Assembly: GCA_964007735.1 (NCBI GenBank)
Contig: CAXGAI010000046.1
Location: forward strand, 1 to 35,837
DNA from: an uncultured Rhodopirellula sp.
GTDB lineage: Bacteria > Planctomycetota > Planctomycetia > Pirellulales > Pirellulaceae
Length of the DNA: 35,837 bases
Reading direction: 5' to 3'
Shown here: piece after piece, positions 27,603 to 35,837 of the stretch
How the letters are laid out: every line of letters starts with the position of its first letter
Position numbering within the stretch: the stretch's first letter is position 1
Translations under genes and position numbers: made by a program
Notes under the pieces: model-generated
Databases searched by the model: none
Seen by the model: the letters and a program-made list of their open reading frames with translations, nothing else
What the model was told of the DNA's origin: nothing

Positions 27603-29166
27603 CTGGTCCTGCTTTCCTGAGCAGTAACGAGTGTTCGACGGCGTCACCTTTGTAAGTAATGAAACTGACGGTTAATGCCACGAGCAATGAGGTGCAGGTT
27701 GTAAACATTCCATCCCACCAGGTGTTGTAACGGATTTGACCAAAAGATCCCAGGGAAGTAATCACTTCGTTAGAAGCATATTCTCCAATGTAGAGTCTTA
27801 TAAAAGCGTATGTTAAAAGCCCTGAGGCCATCCCCCAGAGCGCGCCCTGAGAAGTTGCTTTCCTATAGAGTAGCCCTATGATCAAAATGGAGAGCAGTAG
27901 GCCCAATGTGGCACCGCTAACGGATAATAACAAATCGAAAACTGGAAGCGTGCTGAACGACATCAAACAGCCAATACCTGTCACGGCCACACCGAAAATT
28001 AAGGTAAGTTTACGATTAACGCCCTTTCCCATATCCCGACTTCGATACCAATCGGTTACCAACGTCGCCACCATGCTATTGATGCCGCTATCGAGGCTAC
28101 TCATTGCGGCGGCGAATAAGCCTGCTAAAAGCAAGCCGGTTATACCGACGCCATCCATATAGGTCATCACGTAATGAGGAAGCAACCTGTCCCTACCGGC
28201 GTCTTCGCTGTAATTGTTGAATACCTCCATTGCCTCAGGCGACTGGTGATAGAAGACGTATAAGGCGGTACCAACGAAAAAAAAGAGAGTGCAAGAAAAC
28301 AACGTGAAGACACCCTTAACTCCTAGACTGAATTGGGCATCTTTCGTCGATTCGACGGTGATATAACGTTGATAAGCACCGTAAGTGGCTATTTGACCAC
28401 CCATATAAATGAAAAATCCGTAGGCAATCGCGGAATACACATTTCTTTCTCCCCAGCCGCCAACCGTCGAATTCATTTTCATTTTACCCTGTGATTCGGC
28501 TACCTCGAAAAAGCGAATCCAACCGCCATCGATATCGCCGATCAGAGACCAAAGTAAGAATATCATTCCACCCCCTAAAGCGAACGCCTGAATCGTATCT
28601 GTCCAGATCACGGCCTTTACGCCTCCCAATGCTGTATAACCAGTTGCAAGAAGGCCAACGATAGCGATGATAATCGCGCCACTCTCGGGAGATGGTAACT
28701 CGAGAACTTCACCAAGTACCCTCGCCACCGCTAATAACATCGTGGCCATCCATCCTGCTGAATAAAACATAAACACAGCGCTTGCCATTAGTCGGAGACG
28801 TCGGTTAAACCGCCTCTCAAAGTATTCGTAAAGACTGCTATATCCCCAGCTTTTGTATTTTGGAATAAACCACTTGCAGGTAATCGGTATCACAACGAAT
28901 GGAATGAATAAAATAGCGAGCAACTGGTGATAGTCGCCAAAGGCCCCCTCTGCAGGTAAGCCAACAAAAGAGTTTGACGAAAACGTAGTGGCAAACAATG
29001 ACAACCCTACCGGTAGCCAATGCATGGATCTTCCACCATGAAAGAATTCTTCATTCGTATCGTCTGTGCGGGAAAAATAGATTCCTAGAGCAACGACTAA
29101 CAATAAATAGGCAATGCAAATGAGCCAGTCGATAACGGGGATGGCTTCTATACCAGCGAGTAACAT
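27595..29166 (-). CDS. Sodium:solute symporter (SSS) family transporter
   Basis: Motifs FFHGGRSM, GLSLFAT, SLYEYFERRF, YTALGGVKAVIWTD, YQRY and GLFAAAMSSLDSGINS. Start likely ATG 29166. Confidence 0.93.
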   Translation of the reverse strand: MLLAGIEAIPVIDWLICIAYLLLVVALGIYFSRTDDTNEEFFHGGRSMHWLPVGLSLFATTFSSNSFVGLPAEGAFGDYHQLLAILFIPFVVIPITCKWFIPKYKSWGYSSLYEYFERRFNRRLRLMASAVFMFYSAGWMATMLLAVARVLGEVLELPSPESGAIIIAIVGLLATGYTALGGVKAVIWTDTIQAFALGGGMIFLLWSLIGDIDGGWIRFFEVAESQGKMKMNSTVGGWGERNVYSAIAYGFFIYMGGQIATYGAYQRYITVESTKDAQFSLGVKGVFTLFSCTLFFFVGTALYVFYHQSPEAMEVFNNYSEDAGRDRLLPHYVMTYMDGVGITGLLLAGLFAAAMSSLDSGINSMVATLVTDWYRSRDMGKGVNRKLTLIFGVAVTGIGCLMSFSTLPVFDLLLSVSGATLGLLLSILIIGLLYRKATSQGALWGMASGLLTYAFIRLYIGEYASNEVITSLGSFGQIRYNTWWDGMFTTCTSLLVALTVSFITYKGDAVEHSLLLRKAGPDE

Positions 29167-29314
29167 TAGGAATTTCTGCTTAAATTGAGCGTGAACTCGA
29201 AGGGTTTGAGGGAATTTAGCTCCCGGCCGATGGCCCAAATGCGGAGTTTAATCGCACGAAGGCAAACCAGTTGTTCGAAAAAGAGTACGTTACTCCTCAA
29301 ACTAGGACACCATC

Positions 29315-30370
29315 TCACCGGAAGTTTATTTTAGCACTAAAAATGGCTGTCTTTGATCGACCGTCTTGGGATTTGAGGTGACTCGAATACCAGGATACGA
29401 GGATACACCCGGGACAAAGTACTACCATTCCGGGGTAAGAGCAGTCTCCGCTGGAGGGAAGATCTACTAAATCATACAAATTGTTGTTCTGCAATACGCT
29501 AACGTTCGTATAAGCTTTCCCATCTCGTATATTACGGCCGGCGACGAGTATGTGTTCGTCAAAATAGAACAATAATGGGCCACCAATATATCTTCCAAGA
29601 TCAATTACCTTAGGGTCGTTGTAGGGCTTCGTAAGCGAGATCAATTGGGCATTGCGGTTACCACCTTGCCTGGAAACCGCCTGTATCGACCCATTTTCAG
29701 TAAATTGAAACGATGTTTCATCACCGTATTCCAACTGGAAATGGCCAATATCCTGAAAACTGACACCATCCCTACTACGAAGTAGTCGTGATTCCACTAA
29801 TTCATCGTGGTTTTGTAAACTTGGGATTTCCTTGAACCCACGGCGACGCCTAGCACAGAGGTAAACGTATTCGTTGGCCGTCGCTCCACGCCACACGTAG
29901 TGTCCATAGGTGCCCTTGAGCTCGAACGGTAAAGACCACTTATTCCCATCGGACGTTTTGACGCCGAAGCCTAGCATTTGATTCATATTTCGTTCCTTAG
30001 GCCTCAATTCACCGCAATACCACGTCCCGGTATATACAAACAGATCATTCCCGAAAACGACAAAGTGCGGATCTCTTGTATCCCGGCCTTCGATACCGAA
30101 CCTATAGACCCTTTCCCAGTCCTCGCCGTTGGTACTCGCCAGAATAATAATGCTACTAGTAGGGTGAACCATATGGCCGTCAGGACAACTGCGGAAAGCG
30201 AGGTAGATTTTCCCCTTGAACCACGTCATATCCGTAAAAGCATTATGGGATCCAGTTTCGTAAACCGTTTTGACATCGGTAAGAGTGACGCTGGGAAGAG
30301 CAGGGTCTTTCCCGTAGACCGGGGTCAGTATTACCAGACAAAGAAACAAGAGCGGGGATAGGATTTGCAT
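29315..30370 (-). CDS. Secreted Asp-box/BNR beta-propeller (sialidase-fold) protein
   Basis: Signal peptide; HNAFTD, Asp-boxes STNGEDW, TSDGNKW and SRDGVSF, RDP and GDCSYPG motifs. Confidence 0.8.
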   Translation of the reverse strand: MQILSPLLFLCLVILTPVYGKDPALPSVTLTDVKTVYETGSHNAFTDMTWFKGKIYLAFRSCPDGHMVHPTSSIIILASTNGEDWERVYRFGIEGRDTRDPHFVVFGNDLFVYTGTWYCGELRPKERNMNQMLGFGVKTSDGNKWSLPFELKGTYGHYVWRGATANEYVYLCARRRRGFKEIPSLQNHDELVESRLLRSRDGVSFQDIGHFQLEYGDETSFQFTENGSIQAVSRQGGNRNAQLISLTKPYNDPKVIDLGRYIGGPLLFYFDEHILVAGRNIRDGKAYTNVSVLQNNNLYDLVDLPSSGDCSYPGMVVLCPGCILVSWYSSHLKSQDGRSKTAIFSAKINFR

Positions 30371-30501
30371 AGTAGTCGCGTCCAGATTGGCTTAACAAAA
30401 ACATGTACGAATCGTTAAGCTTCCATCTTACAAAGTTAATAGAAAACAATCAGGCAAACCTTCCGCATCTATTTACTAGTGCGGGTTTATAGAGCCGTGA
30501 A

Positions 30502-31152
30502 TCACTTATAGGAGGATATTGTAATGTTTCCGGACCTTAGCTCGTCAAGACCTCGCCAGCAGTACCAGGTTGCGATCGTACGATACGGCGACCATCGATT
30601 TCCTATTTCTAACAGCTCGTCTTTACCGGGACGTTCTCCTTGCCGGTAAAATGCCCCGATTGCATTCATGAGCCCCAAGTCACCCACAGGAAATACATCA
30701 AGCCTTCCCAGGCCGAACATTAAGAACATATCGGAAGTCCAGGGACCGACGCCCCTTAAATCACATAACACGGTTTTTACGTCGTCATCGGACATAGCCC
30801 GGAGTTGACGTATGCTAATAGCACGGCCTGCAAAAGCGTGTTGTATCCCACGAATACTAACTACCTTAGGCCCGGAGATTCCAGCACCACGAAGTTGCGT
30901 GTCTGTCAGTCTAGATAGACTTGCCGCTGAGACTCGTTGAGTACCGTTAATTTTGAGAAAACGTTTCCAAATCGTTCTCGCCGCAGCAACCGATAATTGT
31001 TGACCAGCAATCGATTTTATGAGCATCCTAAACGGACTTTGATCAACATCCAAAGTACAAGGCCCTACCGTTTCAACGATCCTCCTCATTGTGGTGTCGG
31101 ACCGTTGTAATAAGTCAACGGCTTGCAGGAGTGTTTGCTGGTCAATCTTCAC
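30502..31152 (-). CDS. alkA: DNA-3-methyladenine glycosylase II (HhH-GPD family)
   Basis: SIAGQQLSVAAA, HhH motif LRGVGPWTSDMFLMF, DVFPVGDLG and WSPYRTIATWY. Confidence 0.9.
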   Translation of the reverse strand: MKIDQQTLLQAVDLLQRSDTTMRRIVETVGPCTLDVDQSPFRMLIKSIAGQQLSVAAARTIWKRFLKINGTQRVSAASLSRLTDTQLRGAGISGPKVVSIRGIQHAFAGRAISIRQLRAMSDDDVKTVLCDLRGVGPWTSDMFLMFGLGRLDVFPVGDLGLMNAIGAFYRQGERPGKDELLEIGNRWSPYRTIATWYCWRGLDELRSGNITISSYK

Positions 31153-32069
31153 TAACGCGCTATTACCTCGGGTAATTTAAGTCCAAAAATCTGTATGGCG
31201 AGGTTTGCGGGAAAACTGTCAGCCTCCAGGCGAAGATCGTTTACATGATCGTTGTATGAATCAACTCCCAAGATCCAAGAACCGCGATCCATTTGGTCTT
31301 CCGCAGCAATGAGGTTGTTTTCAACCTCTCGGTATTCAGCCAAAAGCTGTTGATGACCCACGCGGTAAATACATACTTCTACGCAGACGACTAAAATGAA
31401 CGTAGCGATCAGGCATGTTAGCGTTTGAATTCCGCGACCATAACGACTACTCCGGTAATCTGCCGCTAAGATTACTAGAAAAAAGAATGCATTAACATAC
31501 ATAGAGTAGTTCACTATTAATACGAACACGTTTGCGCGTTGATCGTAAAATCGCGAAGGAGTGATATCACCGTCGAACACTCGTTGACCGTTGGTCTCAA
31601 TTCGGATCTCCCCGGTGGCTATTGCAGGCTCGGCAACCATTAGCATCGCTTCACGTCTTCTCACATTCATCCGTTCAACTTCGCGCGAAAAGGCGTCTTT
31701 TATTACAGCACGATTTACACGGACGTCGCCGGAGGCGTCTCTTAGAAGGTAAGGGACAGCGTCGGTGACTGGTGGTTGCTGTATCCATTGACCGTCGACT
31801 AACTTCTTTTGCTCAAGTAAATAATAAACGACGTTCGAACTATTGAGTCTCGACTGCAGGATTTGGTTAGAGCCGTCTGATCGATACGCAGATCCTTCAA
31901 TTCTATATTTCCCGTCCACGGTACCCGCGATTGGCGCGTCAAGTGAATGCTTTAATCTGACTTCAGATTCGATCGAGTCGAAAACATAGACCCCTGACGC
32001 CAGAGCCAGGCTTATAAAGAGAAGGCCCCACCAACGCCTGTTTCGCACGGTTTTTGATCGGTCCACCAT
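31152..32069 (-). CDS. Membrane protein with GIDE-like domain and LemA-like C-terminal helix
   Basis: N-terminal TM, then LQSRLNSSNVVYY / VPYLLRDASGDVRV / REAMLMVAEPAIATG, two further TMs, and C-terminal YNDHVNDL...SFPANLAIQIFG. Confidence 0.65.
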   Translation of the reverse strand: MVDRSKTVRNRRWWGLLFISLALASGVYVFDSIESEVRLKHSLDAPIAGTVDGKYRIEGSAYRSDGSNQILQSRLNSSNVVYYLLEQKKLVDGQWIQQPPVTDAVPYLLRDASGDVRVNRAVIKDAFSREVERMNVRRREAMLMVAEPAIATGEIRIETNGQRVFDGDITPSRFYDQRANVFVLIVNYSMYVNAFFFLVILAADYRSSRYGRGIQTLTCLIATFILVVCVEVCIYRVGHQQLLAEYREVENNLIAAEDQMDRGSWILGVDSYNDHVNDLRLEADSFPANLAIQIFGLKLPEVIAR

Positions 32070-32155
32070 ATTATTCTTAAGCCAAATTCCTATTGATAGT
32101 ACACCGCCTTATCATATGAGAATCTGACTAAAGAATGTATCCTCGGAATAGATTT

Positions 32156-32183
32156 TTGAGACATTAACAAAATAACTTATAAT
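32156..32183 (+). promoter_or_regulatory. Putative sigma70 promoter for ppk2
   Basis: TTGAGA-16 nt-TATAAT, 27 nt upstream of the ATG; AGGA RBS-like element follows. Confidence 0.6.
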
Positions 32184-32210
32184 ACGGGGTAAACAGGACA
32201 CCAGTAATTT

Positions 32211-33014
32211 ATGACAAATGATTTCAAATACGCACCGGCAACTTTTCCAGGCCTTGAAAAACTACCAACAGGTTACGCACTTGACATTGATGGGCGTGCC
32301 GACGCGAAGCGAGAATTTCAGGAACTGCATAGTGAGCTTGTGGATTACCAACGTGCCTTATATGCGGAGAATAGTCAGAGTCTGCTGATCGTTTTCCAGG
32401 CCTTAGATTGTGGGGGGAAGGACGGCACCATTAGAAAGGTGTTTCAGGGTCTGAATCCTCAGGGTGTTCGCGTCGCGTCTTTTAAGAGACCTTCGGAAAC
32501 CGAACTGGAACATGACTTCCTGTGGCGTATACATCCGCACGCCCCGGCTCGGGGTATGATTTCAGTATTCAATCGTTCGCATTATGAGGATGTATTAGTG
32601 CCACTCGTTGAAGAATTTGCTACTAAACAGCTCATTGAACAGCGTTATCGACATATAAACGAATTTGAACAATGTTTAATCGACCATGGAACGACCATCT
32701 TAAAGTTTTTCCTAAACATATCAAAAGACGAGCAAGCAAGGCGTTTGCAGGATCGCCTTAACCGTCCCGAAAAGCGTTGGAAATTTGAACCCCAGGACTT
32801 GCAGAAACGTGCGGACTGGGACAAGTACATGTCGGCATTTAAGTCGTTGTTTGACGCATGCAGTCCAGAACAGGCACCCTGGTATATCATTCCGGCGGAT
32901 GATAAATGGTACCGCAATTTAATTGTGACACGAATCATTCACGATGCTATCAAAGAGATGGACCCTAGGTACCCGAGGTCACAGTATGATCTATCGGGGA
33001 TCACTGTTGAATAA
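32211..33014 (+). CDS. ppk2: Polyphosphate kinase 2 family protein, single domain (class III-like)
   Basis: Motifs FQALDCGGKDGTI, LNPQG, HDFLWR, FNRSHYEDVLV, KFFLNISKDEQ, KRWKF and PWYIIPADDKW. Confidence 0.95.
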   Translation: MTNDFKYAPATFPGLEKLPTGYALDIDGRADAKREFQELHSELVDYQRALYAENSQSLLIVFQALDCGGKDGTIRKVFQGLNPQGVRVASFKRPSETELEHDFLWRIHPHAPARGMISVFNRSHYEDVLVPLVEEFATKQLIEQRYRHINEFEQCLIDHGTTILKFFLNISKDEQARRLQDRLNRPEKRWKFEPQDLQKRADWDKYMSAFKSLFDACSPEQAPWYIIPADDKWYRNLIVTRIIHDAIKEMDPRYPRSQYDLSGITVE

Positions 33015-33026
33015 AGGAGCGTTATT

Positions 33027-34361
33027 ATGAGTTTTGCGATCAATCGAAGGGTAGTGCTCGCTAGTGCGGTGACAATATTTTCCGGAGCAGCGTCGGGAAG
33101 TGAACCCGGTAGTCCTAAGGTAACTCGTCCCCGCGCGACTGACGGGGACCAGAAATCCCAACCGAACTGGGACGAACACCTAACGATAAGCGTCGGTAAT
33201 CGCGGGGCAGATATTAACGGAAGCGATGACCGCGCTATTCAATCTGCTGTGGACTATGTGCGACGCATGGGCGCTGGTACCGTGAAATTGACTCCAGGAG
33301 TCTTCAAACTTCGGAATTCCATCCAGTTACCATCTAATTTGAGACTGGTTGGGAGCGGTGATGATACCGTTATTACGAAACATGCGTCCCACACAGCGAA
33401 TATTGTTGACGACTCCGATTGGTACGACCAGGAAATCACGCTGAAATCGGGGCACGGTTTCCGCGTCGGTGACGCCGTATTCATCAGGGGGGAAAATGCC
33501 CACAACGGTGACATGGAACATCTTAAACGTACGCTCATCGCTAGGAAAGGAAACCGTTTCAAATTAAATGATGGCTTACGAAAGAACATATGGTTGAGCG
33601 GCAAGCCTAACGCCACCAGTATTTTTCCCTTGCTCACGAGTGAATATACAGCCGATGTCGTTATCGAAGATATGGTGTTAGATGGTAATCGAGCGAACAA
33701 TGAAAATATGAACGGGAATTATGGAGGGTGTATTTTCCTGCAGGATTGCAATCGTTATGCAATTCGTGGTGTCACTACCAGGAACTATAATGGCGATGGC
33801 ATTAGCTTCCAGATATGTCATGATGTGGTAATAGAGAAGTGTAAAAGCTATGGGAATGCTGATTTAGGTGTTCATCCCGGTTCCGGCTCGCAGCGGCCCA
33901 TCATTAGAAATAACCGTCTCGAAAACAATGCGATCGGTATATTTTGGTGTTGGGGAGTGCGTTATGGGCTCGCAGAGCATAATCGTATACAAGGCAATAC
34001 AAATTATGGGATATCGATTGGCCATTGCGATACAGACAATGTCATGAGGCAAAATGATGTGATTGATAGCGGTAAAGTCGGTATTCTTTTCAGGAACGAT
34101 ACGCGCGGACGAGACTTTTGGGCTAATCGCAATCTAATCCTCAATAATCGTATTACCAACAGCGGTGATAGTACAGGCGTAGCTATTAAATTAGATGGCC
34201 AAACGAAAGATACCAAAGTGATTGGGAATGTGATTTCTGAGGACCGAGGCACTGCGGAACGTATTGGCATCGAAGTAAATGCGGAAGTTGGTAACGTTCA
34301 ACTGATCGATAATCAAATTGAGGGTGTGAAGATCGGAATTAAGGATCTTCGAACCCGATGA
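33027..34361 (+). CDS. Tat-exported right-handed parallel beta-helix (pectate-lyase-like) protein
   Basis: INRRVVL twin-arginine signal; DDRAIQSAVD...GTVKLTPGVF cap motif; Asn-ladder repeats (DGNR, NGDGI, IRNNRL, NRIQGN); AAGGAG RBS. Confidence 0.88.
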   Translation: MSFAINRRVVLASAVTIFSGAASGSEPGSPKVTRPRATDGDQKSQPNWDEHLTISVGNRGADINGSDDRAIQSAVDYVRRMGAGTVKLTPGVFKLRNSIQLPSNLRLVGSGDDTVITKHASHTANIVDDSDWYDQEITLKSGHGFRVGDAVFIRGENAHNGDMEHLKRTLIARKGNRFKLNDGLRKNIWLSGKPNATSIFPLLTSEYTADVVIEDMVLDGNRANNENMNGNYGGCIFLQDCNRYAIRGVTTRNYNGDGISFQICHDVVIEKCKSYGNADLGVHPGSGSQRPIIRNNRLENNAIGIFWCWGVRYGLAEHNRIQGNTNYGISIGHCDTDNVMRQNDVIDSGKVGILFRNDTRGRDFWANRNLILNNRITNSGDSTGVAIKLDGQTKDTKVIGNVISEDRGTAERIGIEVNAEVGNVQLIDNQIEGVKIGIKDLRTR

Positions 34362-34363
34362 CA

Positions 34364-35837
34364 CTATTCCTTGTAACGCTCGAACCATGCCGTTAGATAA
34401 TTAAGTTTCATCCAGATTCGACTCGGCCGTGCCGCAATAGCATGGGAAGATTGCGGTACTCTAACCAACATCGTGTCGACTTTATTGAGTTTTAATGCGT
34501 GATAGAATTGCTCCGCTTCGGTTATCGGCGTCCGCCAATCCTGCTCACCTGTCATCAACATGGTTGGAGTATTCACTTTGTTTGCATAGGACAATGGGGA
34601 ACGCCGACGGTATTCATCTGGAATATCCGTTGGGGTCCCGTCAAACCAATATTGACTGAAATACAAATAACCATCTGAAGTGTAGGCCAGAGATTCCCAA
34701 TTGATAACGGGTTTTTGGCTGACTGCTGCTTTGAAGCGGTCTGTCTTGGTAACGATCCACGCCGTTAAAATTCCACCGCCACTACCGCCGGTTACATAAA
34801 GCCTGTTAGCGTCGACGGAATAATGCGTAATCGCATGATCTACAGCGGACATTAGATCTTCAAAATCTCCCTGCTGGGGATAATTCTTGTCGATGAGTTG
34901 CGCGAAACGCTCACCGTAGCTAGTTGAACCTCTAGGATTGGTGTAGACAACAACGTACCCCGCCGCTGCGTATAGCTGTGGCTCCATCGCGAAACGCGAG
35001 CCGTAATTCGCAAACGGACCGCCATGGATTTCCAAAACAAGCGGATAATTGTTTCCGTCCGACTTCGAATACCCGGGCGGCAATACTACCCACCCATCGA
35101 CAAGCTCCCCATCGTAGGAGCTTTTATAACGAAACTGTTTTACCGTCCCAATGCGGTGATTATCAGTGAAATGTTTGGTGACGTTTGAAATAATCTTCGT
35201 AGCGGTACCGGCTGTGTATGCAATTTCTGGAGGCCTTTCCAATGCAGCTTTAGGATAACTTAAATGACCCGCATTCGAGACGCTAAAACTACCTCCCTGA
35301 TACGGTCTGCCGATGCTCACACCTCCAATATCGGTGACCAACTCTCGACTGAGTGTTTCCGTGGCAAATTCATAGGATCCGAGTTTACCGACACCACGGT
35401 CGTCATAGCGAAAAAAGATAGCCCCATCCTCAAGCGTCATGATCGACGTGATATCACGATCAAAGTCGGCGGTTAGGTTTCGTACTTTTTTTGTTTCGGT
35501 GTCATAGATAAATATGTCGTTTTGTTGATAGCTGCGTTTAAGGTCACGGTAACCTACGAAGGCAATTTTAGTGCCGTTTTTAAAGCTTTGAGGTGACGTC
35601 GCAGGCCCTTTGATATCGATCAACACCTCAGCCTTCTTCTCAATAAGATTAAATGAATATACAAGGAGATTCCTTGGTGTATGCTCCCAGTCTTGATAGT
35701 GTTGCGCACTAAAAAGAATTTCGTTTTCGCCTTTCCAGCTAAATGGCCCCTTGTGGTGATAGGAACTCTCCGTCAATTGGCGGATGTTCTCAGCCTCGAT
35801 TGTAAGAAGAAATAATTGATGAACCCCGTGTGGTAGG
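34364..35837 (-). CDS. S9 family (prolyl oligopeptidase/acylaminoacyl) peptidase, 5'-truncated by window edge
   Basis: IHGGP, NPRGSTSYG, nucleophile GGSGGG, Asp GEQDWRTP and His SSHAI. The frame stays open upstream of 35776 to the window end (...LPHGVHQLFLLTIEAENIRQLTESS), so the true start is outside the window. Confidence 0.93.
   Translation of the reverse strand, partial: LPHGVHQLFLLTIEAENIRQLTESSYHHKGPFSWKGENEILFSAQHYQDWEHTPRNLLVYSFNLIEKKAEVLIDIKGPATSPQSFKNGTKIAFVGYRDLKRSYQQNDIFIYDTETKKVRNLTADFDRDITSIMTLEDGAIFFRYDDRGVGKLGSYEFATETLSRELVTDIGGVSIGRPYQGGSFSVSNAGHLSYPKAALERPPEIAYTAGTATKIISNVTKHFTDNHRIGTVKQFRYKSSYDGELVDGWVVLPPGYSKSDGNNYPLVLEIHGGPFANYGSRFAMEPQLYAAAGYVVVYTNPRGSTSYGERFAQLIDKNYPQQGDFEDLMSAVDHAITHYSVDANRLYVTGGSGGGILTAWIVTKTDRFKAAVSQKPVINWESLAYTSDGYLYFSQYWFDGTPTDIPDEYRRRSPLSYANKVNTPTMLMTGEQDWRTPITEAEQFYHALKLNKVDTMLVRVPQSSHAIAARPSRIWMKLNYLTAWFERYKE

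Noticed and set aside
29252..29295. Resemblance to a c-di-GMP-I riboswitch (GCAC..GGCAAACC...GAAA)
   Set aside because: The GG-ACGCAAA partner strand and second hairpin are absent, and it lies antisense to the flanking genes.
30390..30485. Short inverted repeats GCTTAAC/GTTAAGC and CCGCA/TGCGG, plus a second GGCAAACC, in the alkA to Asp-box gap
   Set aside because: Short stems with long loops and no U-tract; compatible with chance.
1..35837. Remaining short ORFs nested within or antisense to the long CDSs; search for tRNA, rRNA, CRISPR and IS elements
   Set aside because: Nested ORFs are shadow frames without motifs. By eye I found no cloverleaf, repeat-spacer array, terminal inverted repeats or transposase/integrase; a computational scan was not possible.

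Overview
A gene-dense, apparently core-chromosomal window whose gene content points to a planctomycete, probably Pirellulaceae-like. The evidence is a PVC-type CxxCH dehydrogenase-like protein, PQQ/BamB-like propeller, HEAT-repeat exported proteins and several lineage-typical hypotheticals; this assignment is inferred from family recognition only. About 28 CDSs are supported, and two run off the edges. The left one (<1..925, minus strand) is missing from the supplied ORF track. Recognisable functions include two tandem Cys/Met PLP enzymes (one plant-type cystathionine gamma-synthase), an SGNH + PVC heme-protein pair, Fe-ADH, aroA, and a flippase/GT2/GT-C-like glycosylation trio. Also present are an AI-2E transporter, a YhaO/YhaN (SbcD/SbcE-like) pair, an SSS-DsbA-diheme cytochrome c run, an Asp-box propeller, AlkA, PPK2, a Tat beta-helix protein and an S9 peptidase. 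I saw no rRNA, tRNA, CRISPR array, integrase or transposase. The best leads are (1) a ~100-nt G-U-supported rod-like RNA between a sigma70-like promoter and the methionine-biosynthesis genes, matching no riboswitch I recognise, and (2) a membrane-anchored SMC-like ATPase paired with a nuclease whose metal ligands are largely lost, both ending in Ala-Ala. Two further leads are (3) a GIDE-like domain fused to a LemA-like tail and (4) the plant-type CGS.
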